From: Tubiluchus corallicola
Taxonomy: Eukaryota; Animalia; Priapulida
Length of the DNA stretch: 64,000 nucleotides
Reading direction: 5' to 3'
Assembly: GCA_030141605.1 (NCBI GenBank)
Contig: JAQGDQ010000122.1
Span: forward strand, 372,001 to 436,000
Below are positions 1 to 13,500 of the stretch, piece by piece. Below the pieces are notes generated by a model. It saw nothing but the letters and a program-made list of their open reading frames with translations, did no database searches and was not told where the DNA came from. Positions within the stretch are counted from its first letter, which is position 1; the number at the start of each line of letters is the position of its first letter. Both the position numbers and the translations under genes were made by a program.

Positions 1-508
1 ATCATGGTCACTAGTTGAAAAACCAAGATTAGCAATGCAAAAGTTGATTTTTTTTCAGGCCAATTGGATAATAGGAGTTCTAAATAGTTCTTATGAGGGG
101 TAGGGAAATTAACGTGTTGAGTAAACAAATTTTCATTAATGATTTCCAAAAACAAAAATATCAATGATCAAAAGCACTGTGGCAGTATGTGGCAAAGGGT
201 CAGACCAAACTAAGTTAAGCATACTGAAATCACCACAAACACAGTATCGTTATTAGAACATAAATCAAGATTAGAGAAGTAATAATGTATAGTCGTTATT
301 ACTTAAAAACTTAAGATCTCGAGACCTAGCACAGCACACGAGCGTTACTGCCGCGGTTCTGCGTAAAAAACAGCATAATGGATATCTTGGCGATAACTTG
401 ATCGTGCAAGACAAGAAACGAAAATATGCATTTTAAACTGTTTTATTTGACATAGACTGAAAAGCCTACAAAATCTACTAGAGACACATAAATGTAAGTT
501 ACTTGTGC

Positions 509-534
509 ATTATTATTATGATTATTGTTATTAT

Positions 535-629
<95 letters not shown>
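509..629. repeat. (TTA)n microsatellite
   Basis: About 40 near-perfect TTA units; explains the poly-Leu ORF 503..703. Confidence 0.97.
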
Positions 630-717
630 CCCGATCAGCACATATTAATGATGCTAATATTGTTGGTGCAGAGTGCAGACTAAACTCGAATTCGATGAAC
701 TAAAGTAAAAGAAAACT

Positions 718-1240
718 TGAACGAAAACAGGACGATTTTTCATACCCTATCCCAATTTTGAAGTACAGTAAAAAGTCTACCAAAGTATTCAACACCTACA
801 ATAATGCCAAAGCACTTTTGATTAATAAATAATCGATTAAAAAGCTAATTAATCCAACCATAGTGATAACGTCATAACTGAGTATTATTTCCAACTCTCA
901 AATCATCCACGATCATGCTTAGTGATGTGTGCAAAACTTGAAGTGCAGTGCACCGTACAACATTCAGTATGACATACAAAAGTGGACAAATTTTGAATAT
1001 AAAAATTAAAATTTCAAATTTATCGCTATGTTCACGCATGAGCCCTCGAACATGAACTGAAAGACACAACACTTATTTTTAGTGCAATGCATTTCCGGCA
1101 TGCAGGCACTGATGCCCATCTAACCAGCAAAATATGACGGAATTTGGCAAATATAGGAAACAGTGAAAAACTAGCCTCATGAGCGAGAAATTACATTTTT
1201 ATGGTAATATTTTTCTCACAGTGGAAAATGAAGTACAATG
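718..1240 (-). mobile_element. Decayed copy of a ~550-600 bp Kolobok-like non-autonomous DNA transposon (family K, copy 1)
   Basis: Colinear similarity with 39664-40213 (shared blocks such as gatttttcata, aaatttatcgct(a/g)tg, gtgcaatgcatttcc, atgcaggcact) and with the reverse complement of 52651-53245; termini eroded. Confidence 0.75.
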
Positions 1241-3489
1241 AGCAAAAAAAACTAGTTTAGTTTAAATAGAAGTGGTGCAGCAATCATGCAAATACTGGGC
1301 ATTAATTGTTTGGCATTGCTCTGTCGGCGTGCCAATAGGATGGAATCAGAATATGTCCAATCCATTGTTTAGATGTTTATCGTTTCAGTGTCTCACTAAG
1401 GTGCCAATTAATACACGCTCACAAATGATTAGACTGTTAAGTATTTAAAATAATACAAGACTCACCAATGTCAGAAGTGGTAATCAGAAATAAAACTACC
1501 GAATTACCATGCAGAAAAAAAGATATAGCATCTTATCAGTCTGCAATAGCATGTCGACCTATATGGCTCAGAATTTAAGCAGCAGATAGTATCGCACAAG
1601 CCAAGTTACAGTCAGAATCCCAAGGTATAGTATGAACCTCATTTGTTAGACTAAATGCTAAGCCAATCATGTTCAAGATTTTTGAATGGTTAAATGTACG
1701 GTACAGTGCATTTCAACATTTGGGGTGGTTTCCTTTAAATGCTTGAATTTTGTACACACTTGTCTGGGCAGACATACGTAACCAGGCTGAGGTTGTAAGA
1801 GGACACATACAGTGCACTATAATAATAATTATTTTATAATGATCAGGACTTCCATGGCTAGGGCTCCAACTGTTTCACCCCTTAATTTTAGGTAACCGTT
1901 CCACATAATTTGAGTCTTCGGGGTAGGCGTATGAGGAACAGCAGAAAAGCAGTGACTGAGAGCAAGCTGATCGCATTTAGAAACTAGTGATAGGAAGTCC
2001 TATGAGTGAATAGACCATAGAGGTAGCAAGAGAAGAAGATTTGATAAGCATTTTGGTAAGCACAGAACTGCAAGGTTAACACCAAACCAAACAACGAAAA
2101 CCACATTGACTGTATAATTCAGTATCATTTGCAATTTGTCATCAGATCGGCAACATACTCAGGCACTAACCAAGGTGTGACAGCAATTGAACAGTCCATT
2201 TATTACGACACAGCCATCCCACTTTCGGTATGTTCTTGGCCCTTCCCATTAAGATATTTTTGCCATCCACAAGAATGGCGATGGCGATGTAGCAATCTTT
2301 TAAAATGGACCTCATCCGATTATATTGTGTACATGATCCTTCTTGTTTTGCTTTCTTTCACAAACGAATATTGTTCAGTGAGAGGAGTTGCGACATGAGT
2401 GAAAACTGTGCGTGCATGCTAACTGCTTAGTGCCAAGTAACTGAGCCTACTCAAATGAATTGATGTTGACTGTGAAAACTGCGTATAGATATGTTTTGTC
2501 TGTTGTACTGCCCTTTTGATAATTATAAAACCTCATTATGGGAAGATGTATTTGCATCTTACTGTGGATGTGTAATATAAGTCGTATCTTCTAGTCCAGT
2601 TTCTGTTTTTAGAGATTTACTTGTCATAATAAACTAAATTTGGTAAGCTGTCCTGCGATACTAAACACTTAAGAATTGATGTCCAATTTCTGCTCTTAGA
2701 ACATTCATGTAAGCACAATTATTTACTGTGGTATTAAAGGCTGAAATCGTGTCTACACTGTTTATCAATATCAGCCACTGTTAATTATTCATGGGTGTAC
2801 CAAGGTACTGCTGATTAATAGTAAACAAACTGCCAGGTGAAACAATCAACAAAATTCACCTATACATACGTTTTACCAGTTGCCATATATGGTTCAATGC
2901 GCATCTATTAAAATTAATTAATTTTAGCAACTATTGACCCATAGAAGAAAGATTTATTGTGTTGTACATGGTTAGCAAGTTCATGATTTTTTTGATCTAA
3001 CCATTGACAACTGTTTCCACTGAGAGAAAAATAAACAAAAATTCATACCTCAGTTGGCAGTTTTTAGCAGCGAGCTTTTATGGGAATTCACTATCTGTAT
3101 GTAAGGTCTTATTTTAAATGATAATGAAAAGACAGCATGTCTCCATGCCGGTTGAAAAAAGTGACAAGCCGTTGCAACAAATGCGTTCACCTTTTGCGTG
3201 TTGTTGCACTTGCATTAGACCGGATGCTCTCGAACACCAAATGTGACATTAACATATGAAGTATAGTTGCATGATAAATTTTAATCCTTGATTGCGATTG
3301 CAGAGTTTTGAACTTTATTTGCAAAAAAGCTTCAATCTAGCTGCCACAACCATGGAACCAAAGCCATTCAGTCATGCATACATTCAACATTAGTAAACAA
3401 GGCAAACAATAAATGAAATAAAATGAAATAAAAAATAAAAGTTGGCACAACCTCATAGTTTTCACTTCCCCTATTTTATGCATTATTGC

Positions 3490-4170
3490 TTGCACTTTCT
3501 CCCAACATCTATATACTATTGCATTATATGCCCTCCAAACAGGAGAAATACTTATAGCATATAATTTCTGATGATAATGCAGATGATCTTGACATTATTA
3601 GACAAAGAACAATTTATTATTCTAGGGCCGACCAGTTAATTAGGCGTTTTGGCAATTGCTCACTTGCTATCAAGAAGTATCATTTTAATTCCTACTGCAG
3701 TAGTTTTTTATTTATGGCTACATGGCGCCATTACAATTTATACAACCTGAGGAAATTACAAGTTGCCTATAACATCTCTATTAGAATTTTTTTAAATATC
3801 CTTATGACGTTACTGTTAGAAATATTACAACAAATCTCAATAATAGATATGTCGATGTTATCAATAGAAAGTGTGTACATAGTCTTTGTAATAGAGTTGC
3901 TATTAGTGAGAATGATAATTATTTGTAAGCATTTAAGTGAAATGTGATGCATTCTTTATTTCCACCATTAGAAAGAAGTGGATTGAACTTCTTTATTGTT
4001 TTCGGTAATGTCTTGCCGATGTAAACTAATTGTTTTATAATCTATTCACTCATTTACTTTGTGTGTCTACTAACTAAGCTCATAATTGTAAATATTTATA
4101 ACTGTTGTATGTATTTTTTTGTCCTGAATGTATTTTTGTATATATGAACCTAGAGTCTACAATAAAGACT
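3490..4170 (+). mobile_element. 5'-truncated, dead non-LTR retrotransposon (RT C-terminal region + 3' UTR); Proto2/RTE-X-like, clade uncertain
   Basis: From 3543 reads EKYL*HIISDDNADDLDIIRQRTIYYSRADQLIRRFGNCSLAIKKYHFNSYCSSF...W...LRKLQVAYN: the KYLG motif with Gly turned to a stop, then typical post-RT LINE sequence. Ends with AATAAA (4161-4166) just before a microsatellite tail. Confidence 0.8.
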
Positions 4171-4175
4171 TAAGT

Positions 4176-4484
<309 letters not shown>

Positions 4485-4641
4485 TTTCTCCCCACTCTTT
4501 CATAGTCACTTTTGCCTTGTGAAACTCAGCACTGAAAGTGCCTGCATCTAATTAGAATGTAGTATTGTTACCATTGTTGTCCATGTGTGGCATGCAGAAG
4601 TTTCCTGCTGAAGCAATATTTGAAAAGACTAATGTGCTAAT

Positions 4642-5081
4642 TAGGGGTGAGCATCGAACGTTCGAGTTCGAACGTTCGAATCGAATTCGAGCGCTCGAAT
4701 TAGATTCGAACGAGTTTTTTTAGTTCGAACTCGATTCGAATCTAAAACTATAGATTCGAATAATTCAGCACTTTAATCGCACATGTTCTTGATCACTAAA
4801 ACGATTGAAACATCATGCAATTAGCATAATTTAGCTGTGATTTCTGCACACAATTTTAAAGAAATTACTAGTCGTTTTATTGCAGAACAAAATTTAGTGA
4901 TATGCATGATCTTTGTAAGACTAAATTTTCCTGGTGGTTCGAAATCTTGTTCGAAAATCTTTCGATCTCAATTCGAATTCGGTTCGAATTCGAAACACTG
5001 AAGTTCGGTTCGTTTCGAATTCGAAAGTCACAAATTCGGTTCGATTCGAATTTGCTTTCTGGTAGAGAATGCTCACCCCTA
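4642..5081. mobile_element. hAT-superfamily MITE, 440 bp
   Basis: Perfect 13-bp TIR TAGGGGTGAGCAT...ATGCTCACCCCTA; perfect 8-bp TSD GTGCTAAT (4634-4641 and 5082-5089); dense subterminal TTCGAA repeats. Confidence 0.93.
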
Positions 5082-5479
5082 GTGCTAATTGCCAAGTGGG
5101 AGTCTCCAGAATATGACGATCAAAATGATATAAAAATGGATGACTTGATAGGTATCTGAGTAGGTATCTAGAATGGACATATACACATATACATGTACGC
5201 AGGCCTAGCTACCTGTTTTTTCTTTATTAACAGATAATTTTTATAGAAAATGTTTTCCTTAGCATGATTTTTTGATATTCAAAGATATACTCTGGACATC
5301 TCATTTGTTGACTGTTTTACAGTTTACCTGTGTACTTATTTTGCAATCGATGGTGGCAACATGTTGCCAAACATTGATGTACTTGCAAGGATCATGCCTT
5401 GTTCTGCATAATATTAAATCGTGTAATAATAATTAGTATTGTTATTAATTTTCTACTGTTGTCATAATGAGCATGGTTA

Positions 5480-5605
5480 TACAAATATATAACACTAAAT
5501 ACTGTTACACTAAACAGTAATCACTTAGTATCTACTGGTTAATACAAATATATAACACTAAATACTGTTACACTAAACAATAATCACTTAGTATCTACTG
5601 GTTAA
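5480..5605. repeat. 63-bp direct tandem duplication
   Basis: tacaaatatataacactaaatactgttacactaaaca(g/a)taatcacttagtatctactggttaa twice, one mismatch. Confidence 0.92.
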
Positions 5606-8600
5606 TAATAGTAAATATTTCTATGATTGTGACTGAACAACTATGGTTATCGATCATTGATTGAGTCACTCCAATAGCCAAGCATTACAAGCAAGAGCAG
5701 CCGAGTACCTACTCTCAGGATCTATGACCATTACCTACACATTAAAAGATTTTGCGTATTGCGAACGACGGCATGTTTTATATTTAGTAAAGAAAATATA
5801 CTTAAAATTTTAAAGATTCGAGCTACTTTGGAATCTTGAATCCAGCCCTTGCGCTGCCTTATGATTTGATTTGACTACCGCGCTGATTGGGTGCGATATA
5901 TCACAATTCATAAAGAGTAAGTTTTCATGGCAGCTTTATGTTGACGGTAACGGTAAATGTTCAAAATCATAAGCACCCTTGGCTTTAGTCGTCGGTATAG
6001 TTTTCAAAGATTTTTTACATTTCAAGCAGCCTATGTTGAGTACTACTAGACCTGGTAGAAAATTAAAGAAAATGACATAAACAATTGTTTTTCAAAAAAA
6101 GTAGTCTGTCAATTCTGTCAAGTCATTGAACTGTACTTAAGTTAGGGTGAATATTCTTGCAGCAGAATAATTTAAAAAAAAAATCAATGATAAAATACTG
6201 TATTTTATTTTTTATAATATTTATGTATATTTGTTTAGAATAAGTGTTAATAAAAATACTTATTCTAATGTTTATGTAAAATGTATTTTATTTTGAATTT
6301 TATTGTTATTTATTTTCCTGTCAGTTAAATGAAAATCAAATGCTATTGAGGAAAATCTAACTTTTTCTTAGTGGTTTTTGCTTGATGTGACCAAGGTCCA
6401 GTAAAGGACAAACATGCTAAATCACTTGCCAAAATGTCAAAAAAATGATGCAAAAAGTAAAGCTGGAAGCTACAATGTAAAATGTAGCAAAACTTGTTTC
6501 TCTTCAAACTGCACAAGAATGTAGAATGCAGACATGTGAAATGTTTTTATAGTGGTTTGGTTTTTTATATTTCATCTTTCACATATTTTTGAATGCCTCT
6601 AGCAGATATGTAAAAGAACAACTACTGTCAATGCTTCCGTGTTTCAGGTCCTGGAGGGGTCCCATCTTATCAAGTGCTCAGGTCTTTGTATTGCTTATAC
6701 ATTATTGTTTTTTAATTCCTCTACATTTTTTTAATATAATCATCATCACGACAACTTCCACTACCATTGTTTCAGAGATAAAAATGGAAAGAACTTTAGT
6801 TGTACACTAATATCTTGGTTTGCTGGATCTCGCTTTTATGGATATCAGAAAAATTGGACAAAGTCTGGACCATTAAAAAGTCCTGCATACTACGGACACA
6901 GTCCTTTGATTTGTGAGCTGACCTCTGGTTGGCGGGCCGTCACTTTGTTTACGCCTCGCTTACAAGCAAAATTAACGTGATTGTTTCTACTTGTATTATG
7001 ATGCACAAAAGTGAAGTAAGGCGACATAAAAATAGTAAAACCTCATTGGTTACACAAAAGTATCTTATTTAAGCATGTGCAGAAAAATAACGTCAATTAG
7101 AGTCAAATATGTGTAGTTATACGAGTCAATTACCGAAACTTTTTATATACTTTTGCGTAGGAACGGCCAACTAGACGCTTTTGAGACAATTACACGATAT
7201 ATTACCATGAGTCTAATACACCACGTGTACTGTGTTAGCTTGGTATTGGTAAATGCGGACCATCAGCAAATTTGGACCGACTTCTTCCTGCTTTTGCCCA
7301 CCAAACTGAGTTATGAGTGTACATGTAAATAGACAATTATGGAGGAAGAAAAACTAGATAGTTTTGTCCTGTGCATTTAAAGTCTTTAGACCAATTGCCC
7401 TGAAATCACAAAAAAATAGAAACTGGCATTTGGTTTGTATTGTTCTTTATTGCTTATTAGCGTAATTGGTTTTTATTGCGATAGTGAGGAGTGAGATCAA
7501 ATGTTCTCTTCACATTTACTATAAAAATGTAATTCCAGGCGAACAATAGTGACGGTAATTTTTTATCGCACACCCAGCAGGGAATCTTTTTGGTTTTTTT
7601 GTGTGTGTCCATACACTTTCCAAGCACAGTCATATACAAGCGCATTTTTAATTTAAAACTTAAAATTCAATAATTATTATAATTGCGTTATTTCGGCGAG
7701 GACGCAGTCGTGTTTTTCTACATTTAACTGACGGTCAAGGTTGCCATGTTGTATGATGCCGATTATCGTATTGATGGCTAAAAATGATAGTATTTTTGTA
7801 CCAAATTGTTGTATTAACGACCTGGTAGTGTTGCCGTTTATACCATTATTATCAGAACATACGATAAATTACGGCTTCATACCGTGCAAAGAAGAAACTA
7901 TACAATAATTTGGTTTAGAAACAAAAAACAAATTGTGAAAAGATGTTCATTGATGAAACTTAGAACATTATTGCTAATCAGTCACTGATGGGGAAAATAA
8001 ACAATCTTTAATTGCATTTAAGTGTTCCACGATTCAACTCGAAGCTTGTTTTGACAATTTTTCCCCTTTCTCCTTACTAACATTTTTTGAGCTCATGAGC
8101 TAAAACAGACAAGTTTTTTTGTTACCACCCTCATCTGTGATGCCTCAGTTCAGATATATTATGTGTGCTTAGTGGACATCAGTAATATTATTCTGTGTTT
8201 TTTATGGATGAGCTTAGTTTGATGTCAGGAATAACTAAAAGTAAATCTGCTTTGCTTTCTGGTGTTATATTAAACATCATTTAGTATTTTGTTATGTTAA
8301 TGTTATGAACAATAAACATCTTTTGATCATTATAAACATCTAGCAGCCAGTCCTAGCTTAGTCCTGACTAGATTTACCAACATGAAATCCTGCATAGAAA
8401 TCATTTCCTTGATAATCCGAAAAATTTTCATTGATTTAAGGTGTCAGTATTTGTGAGTTAACCCCCAGCCACAAGCATTGTCATGCAAAAACACCCCATA
8501 CATGTTTATTTATTTGTATCATTTTGCCATGAAGCTGGTAGTACCTGTCATATGTTTAAATGGTTTTCTGACTTCTATAAGCCAATTTCATTTGATACCT

Positions 8601-9619
8601 TGCATCACTTAATTTCATTATAAAACTACTCACAACTCCATAGTGACCACGTGTTCTTGTCCCAGTTCCAGTGTTGCCATTATACTGACTGGGTTTAGTA
8701 CCCATTTAGCATTTCTTCTGTATTTATGCATGGGGTGCAATTGCACCTCATTGCCGGTATTCAAGTGACCTTGGGCTATTCATTCATTCATTTCACTTTT
8801 TTGCTTACTTATCAAGTCGTTCATTTTGGATACAGGGTTTTCAGTGTAAGTAATGCTTTTTACAAGTGTTATAAATTTTATTAGTTTAGTAATAGTTGAA
8901 GGTGTAGTACCTTAAAGTACTTTGAATGCTTTGAAAATGTGACTGCCTACAATACATGCATGAGTGTGCCACACATTTTTGCATTTAGGTTTATTAACTC
9001 TCTTTAGAAAAGATACAGCGGCATGCTAAACTTGTATAAACTTGTAAGTGCATTAATAATATTGTGCATGATATAAGAGAATTTGTTAAGCTACTGACTT
9101 TCCAACTTTAGTGATTTCAGAAATAATTAACTTGTGCATCTGATAAAGTATGAAAACAGAAAGCTTTAGAAGGAAAAGTAAAAAATTAAGAGAATTAGTG
9201 AAACAGGAAGAGTTAGAAAGAATAGGGTTATTTGCATTTTGAAATGACTACAATGTGCTACATTCAGGATAATATTTAAGTTCCCATTGAAATGAAGTAG
9301 TGTATGCTATAGCACCAACCACTGACAACTGGCAAATGCTTTTACAGGGGTTGAGCACACACTAGTGACTCTATTATGCATAGTATTTTATCAGTATGTG
9401 GTCATTTGGTGGGATATTTATGTTGTAGCACTTTGCAAACATGTATTATTTGTGTTGAGGCATTTGTAGTTTGGACTAGCACTCGTGGAATGCTTGATAC
9501 TTGATAGAGGGTTTGCTTTGTGTCTTGCTTAAGTTGCATTTTGAAAACTTAAAAATCTATATGCAAGTGTGCAGTTTGGTGAGTGGAATAGATAGTGTGA
9601 CAACATGGATAGATAGTCT

Positions 9620-9667
9620 GTGTTGTTGCTGCTGCTGCTGTTGTTGTTGTTTTTGCTGGTGCTGGTG
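9620..9667. repeat. (TGY)n trinucleotide repeat, intronic
   Basis: tgttgttgctgctgctgctgttgttgttgt...; explains the poly-Cys and poly-Gln ORFs. Confidence 0.85.
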
Positions 9668-9869
9668 CCTACTGCTGTATAAGTGTACTGAAAAATCTAT
9701 ATTAATATATATTATATATATTAATGCCTTTGAAATTTCCCCATAACTATAATTGCAGATTACATATTGCATGTACGTCATTAAAGATTTGCCTAAGACT
9801 CCACTATACATTTATTTACCACACTGAATTGGATTTTTATTTCCAGGCATATGTTGCAATTGGTATTTC

Positions 9870-10406
9870 ATGGTAACATTAAAGAGTTTCATAAAAGGAA
9901 GCTGTTACATCATGTTTTCAGTAGTGTGCCTTGTTGGTGGAGCCATATTCTCCCTCATCGTTGGCGTGACCGGAGGACCTTGGCACGCTAGCTGCAGCAT
10001 TGACTGGACATTTGGGAAAAAGTGCAGCTTCGTCAATAATGCGCTTGTTGATCAAATTCGCCTGTGGGAAACTGCAGATAATTGCAAAGATGGTGGTGAG
10101 AAATGTCTCTACAAATTAGTTAGCCGCTCAGAGTCGAAAATCGAAGCCACTCATACTACACCGGTGAAGCATTACGTAGATGATCTTACCTTCGATTTTA
10201 AGCAAAATACAGATGTCATGTGTAAAGTACATGGGTTTTCTACCTCCGAGACATGGTATGCTATACTAGATTATGGCACAAACTATTGTAACTTACATAA
10301 TTTGATCACTGGTGCTGGGCTTGACAAAGATGATCCGAAATACATTGAGAACACTAATGATAGCATTTGCACCCAGTATTCAAAAGCAGACTGTGATGTT
10401 TACTAG
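9870..10406 (+). CDS. Secreted Cys-rich protein, 178 aa, uncharacterised, DUF1499-like motif order
   Basis: Open frame in one exon after a strong acceptor (ttttatttccag, exon starts 9847). Hydrophobic signal peptide (MFSVVCLVGGAIFSLIVGVTG; Met15 may be the real start), 8 Cys in the mature part, motifs HYVDDLTF, FSTS and DYGTNYCNLHNL. AATAAA at 10571. The frame is open back to the acceptor, so an N-terminal extension is possible. Confidence 0.85.
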   Translation: MVTLKSFIKGSCYIMFSVVCLVGGAIFSLIVGVTGGPWHASCSIDWTFGKKCSFVNNALVDQIRLWETADNCKDGGEKCLYKLVSRSESKIEATHTTPVKHYVDDLTFDFKQNTDVMCKVHGFSTSETWYAILDYGTNYCNLHNLITGAGLDKDDPKYIENTNDSICTQYSKADCDVY

Positions 10407-10570
10407 AGCTCATGATAAAAATTTTAAAGAATAACTTGATCGATACTAATAATATTTCATAAATATTTCGAAATTTTTATTGTGAAGTGCTGTCCAGAAA
10501 CAATTGTGCTGTTTTTGGTTATTATTCATTTGTATAATTTTGTTAAGAAATTAAAGGAAATTGTGATTTG

Positions 10571-10576
10571 AATAAA
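10571..10576 (+). terminator. Polyadenylation signal of the 178-aa gene
   Basis: AATAAA 165 nt after the stop codon, following an AT-rich 3' UTR. Confidence 0.6.
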
Positions 10577-10989
10577 ATGACTGGTTAAAAAGATAGTGTG
10601 GCATTAATTATAAGACTGCTGCATATGCAGCAATATGCAACCAGAGCTGTAGTCATGGCTGTACTGTAGAAAGAAACTTTCATTATGGAGCAAGATGCTC
10701 AGTTCACTGTTTAATTGAATGTTATTAATTAGCTAAAATATTCTAGGCTGATCTGCCACACAGAAAATGCTAAATTAACTGGCTTTCACTGTATATGAAT
10801 AATAAATGTCATCTTCTTCTTACCATTCCTACATAACTGAAATAGAACAAAAAGACTCTACAGTACACGTGTTGCAAGCCTTGCGTTTCCTAACCATAAG
10901 TAGTTTGTTTTTTCAATCAATTTATTATGCCCTGAACGTGTACAAAGTTCACGGAGAAATGGTCATGGAGAAATGTTGTGCAAGTGTCA

Positions 10990-11212
10990 AATTTTCGGTG
11001 CGTTACGTTGCTATAGATACGGAAAAGCTCTGGTGCGCGTAACCAATCAGCTTTTATTGTTCACGATTAATCACGAAGCATGGCACCAGGTGTAGCGCTC
11101 TCCAACCGGGATCTGTTCTGAGCGATAACTTTTGTGATTTTTTCGCAAGCTTAGCTGTTAACTTTAGTTTTCAAAGAAGTAGTCCTACTTGCTTAGAAAG
11201 GCATGATATTTG
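10990..11212 (+). promoter_or_regulatory. Candidate promoter and non-coding first exon
   Basis: Local CpG cluster in a CpG-poor background, CCAAT box in a good context (aaCCAATcag, 11043-11047), then a donor TTG|gtaaat at 11213. Confidence 0.4.
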
Positions 11213-12749
11213 GTAAATAAGTTATCTACATTTTTGAGTTTTCAGTGTTAATAATTTGCTGCATGATTGTATTCGTTCGATCGGTGACCTGGAAAACTTG
11301 TGTTCGCCAACTTTTTAAACTGAAATGAGATTGGTTTAAACATGTAGTTTAATTGGTGAGAAAAAGAGACTTGCAACGTTACATGTAACATTTAAGAAAA
11401 AGAATAAAATAGTCCATTAGAACAGAAGGTGAATTGGTATTATGGACTGACTTGTACATTTATAGAAGTCAAAATATGCTTCTTGAATTTGCAATAAAAC
11501 TCTGATATGCAACCCATGTGAAGTAATATGACACTTCTTTAAGCAAATTTTTACTAGTACATAGTAACTATACTTGTCACTTTGGCCCTTTCGAACAATT
11601 TTTCATGACTTGAAATAAGTAAATAATTTATTTGGCTCCAAGTTTTTTACAGAATAAACAAAAGTGAAAAATATAATGGAAAAGAAAAGAGATTAAGTGA
11701 TGAAGAGATCAACGGTCACCAGATCAGCCACCCCTAATTTCCATAATTACAGAAAATTAAGTGACCTGTCAAGTAGACATCTACAGACAAATAAATGATA
11801 AACAATTTGAAAACAAAAAAGAAAAATAAAGGTAACTTGGCAAAAATTAACATAATAAATTCAAATAAATTTAAACGGCAAACGATAAATAAATATTACA
11901 AATGAAATGAAACGAAATTTAAATTAATTAACAAATCAAATGTTTGAATTTAAATCAAGATACTCAATTTAGTTGAAGAACCAAAGAATGACAAAAAACT
12001 GTTAAAATTATAAATTTTAAGCAAAAATAATGAAGGCGAATCCGATGATGATACAATTTCCGAGAAAAGAATATGGCATGAATGCATTACAGCTACTTCA
12101 AGTTAAAATTCAATTTGTGACCCAAGTTTTTTTTTGTGGCAAATTGAAGTGCATAGTGACATGTCAACGGATAGAAAAGTCATAGTACAGTTCTCACTGC
12201 TCTCTTTTGGAACTTCTTGACATGGTGTGATGTGCATCTGAGTTAATGAGCGACTTAGCTATATGTGGAATTTTCCTTAACAGAACTTTGTTATGCAACC
12301 CATCTTGGTTTCACATTTGAACTATCAGCTATAAATCTACTATGCATTTAATAGCCTGAAAAAAGTATCAACACGAGAAAAATTAAGTTCACAAGGAATT
12401 ATTAGAACTACTAAACTAATTTTCTGAAAGTTTTTTGTATAGATTATTAACGCTTAAAATTGATATCACATTAAAAGGATAACATTAATTAGCAGCACAT
12501 AAAAATGGCAGATAAAAATACAAGTGAGAAAGCGGAAGTATAAGCTCACTATAGCCACATTTACACAACAGAGTGGGAAACAGTAGGAACTAATCCTTTA
12601 ATTCTTTGTGATTTTTTTCTTTCTTTGTGTCCTTTTTTGTTCATCTGATGAACTACAGTGGTAGTTTGAGATGTCATGCCCTTTCATTTTGCTTTTTAAG
12701 TTGTAAATATTAGTAAGTTCTCTTATTCGTTGTCAATGTTCTTTGTCAT

Positions 12750-13500
12750 TTAGAATCACTTGTATTATTTTGTGGCTTCCTTAGTAGAATTTCCTAATGT
12801 TAACGTATGCTGTATCCATCTACTCTTTTTAGCTAGCAGAATTGATTGTTTTCAGGATTTGTATTTATTTTGCTTAATTGAAACCTTATGCTTTCTGCAT
12901 CTTCAACAAGTTGTTATTTTTAATACAAGATCACGATATTCAGTTGTAATAATAATGATAATTACTTATGATCGTCAGAGAAGTTACCAAGAATGTTATT
13001 TTTTAAATGCAGTGTAAAGACATTTATCAACACGTTAAAAAAGGTCGGTCCCAAAATGGAGCCTTGGGGTATATCTTTGACAATTTCATCTATGAAGTTT
13101 TGTTAGAATTTTCAGTGTCCAACTTTACAAGTTGTGGTATATTTTTCAAACAGCTCACTAAAAGAGTGCTCGATGCTGTTTGTAGATGCACCGTATGCTA
13201 ATAACTTTGTTGTAAAAACATCGTGGGGATCAAATGCTTTGAACAAGTTCTTGGCTAGCACCTCTCCAGCTTTGTTTTTGTCCAAACATTGTCTTCACTT
13301 CTTAATAGCACACGTGTGGGTTGACACACGACAGTTATGATAGCTAATTCTAGATAGACATAAAAATGTATTGCAAAATTTCACTATTTGTTCATTTACA
13401 TATAAACACATTTCTCTTGGAGTTTTGAAATACACAGCAAAATTGTAACTGTCTTATAAAATAAAATTCTTTTCCTTCTTGTAATTTGTCATCATATTTT
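12750..13500 (-). mobile_element. Decayed CR1/L2-group LINE reverse-transcriptase fragment
   Basis: Minus strand reads NLFKAFD-PHDVFTTKLLAYG ... DIPQGSILGPTFFNVLIN ... GNFSDDH, matching the DLSKAFD, PQGSILGP and FADD motifs, with stops and frameshifts. Confidence 0.88.

Noticed and set aside
503-703. Poly-Leu ORF
   Set aside because: Translation of a (TTA)n microsatellite.
1460-2400. Moderately GC-balanced stretch that might hide a minus-strand exon or old retroelement
   Set aside because: The part I translated (2160-2400) gave no recognisable motif and no sustained frame.
4655-4700. GAAnnTTC pairs resembling heat-shock elements
   Set aside because: Only two correctly phased pentamers each, not three; explained as hAT subterminal repeats.
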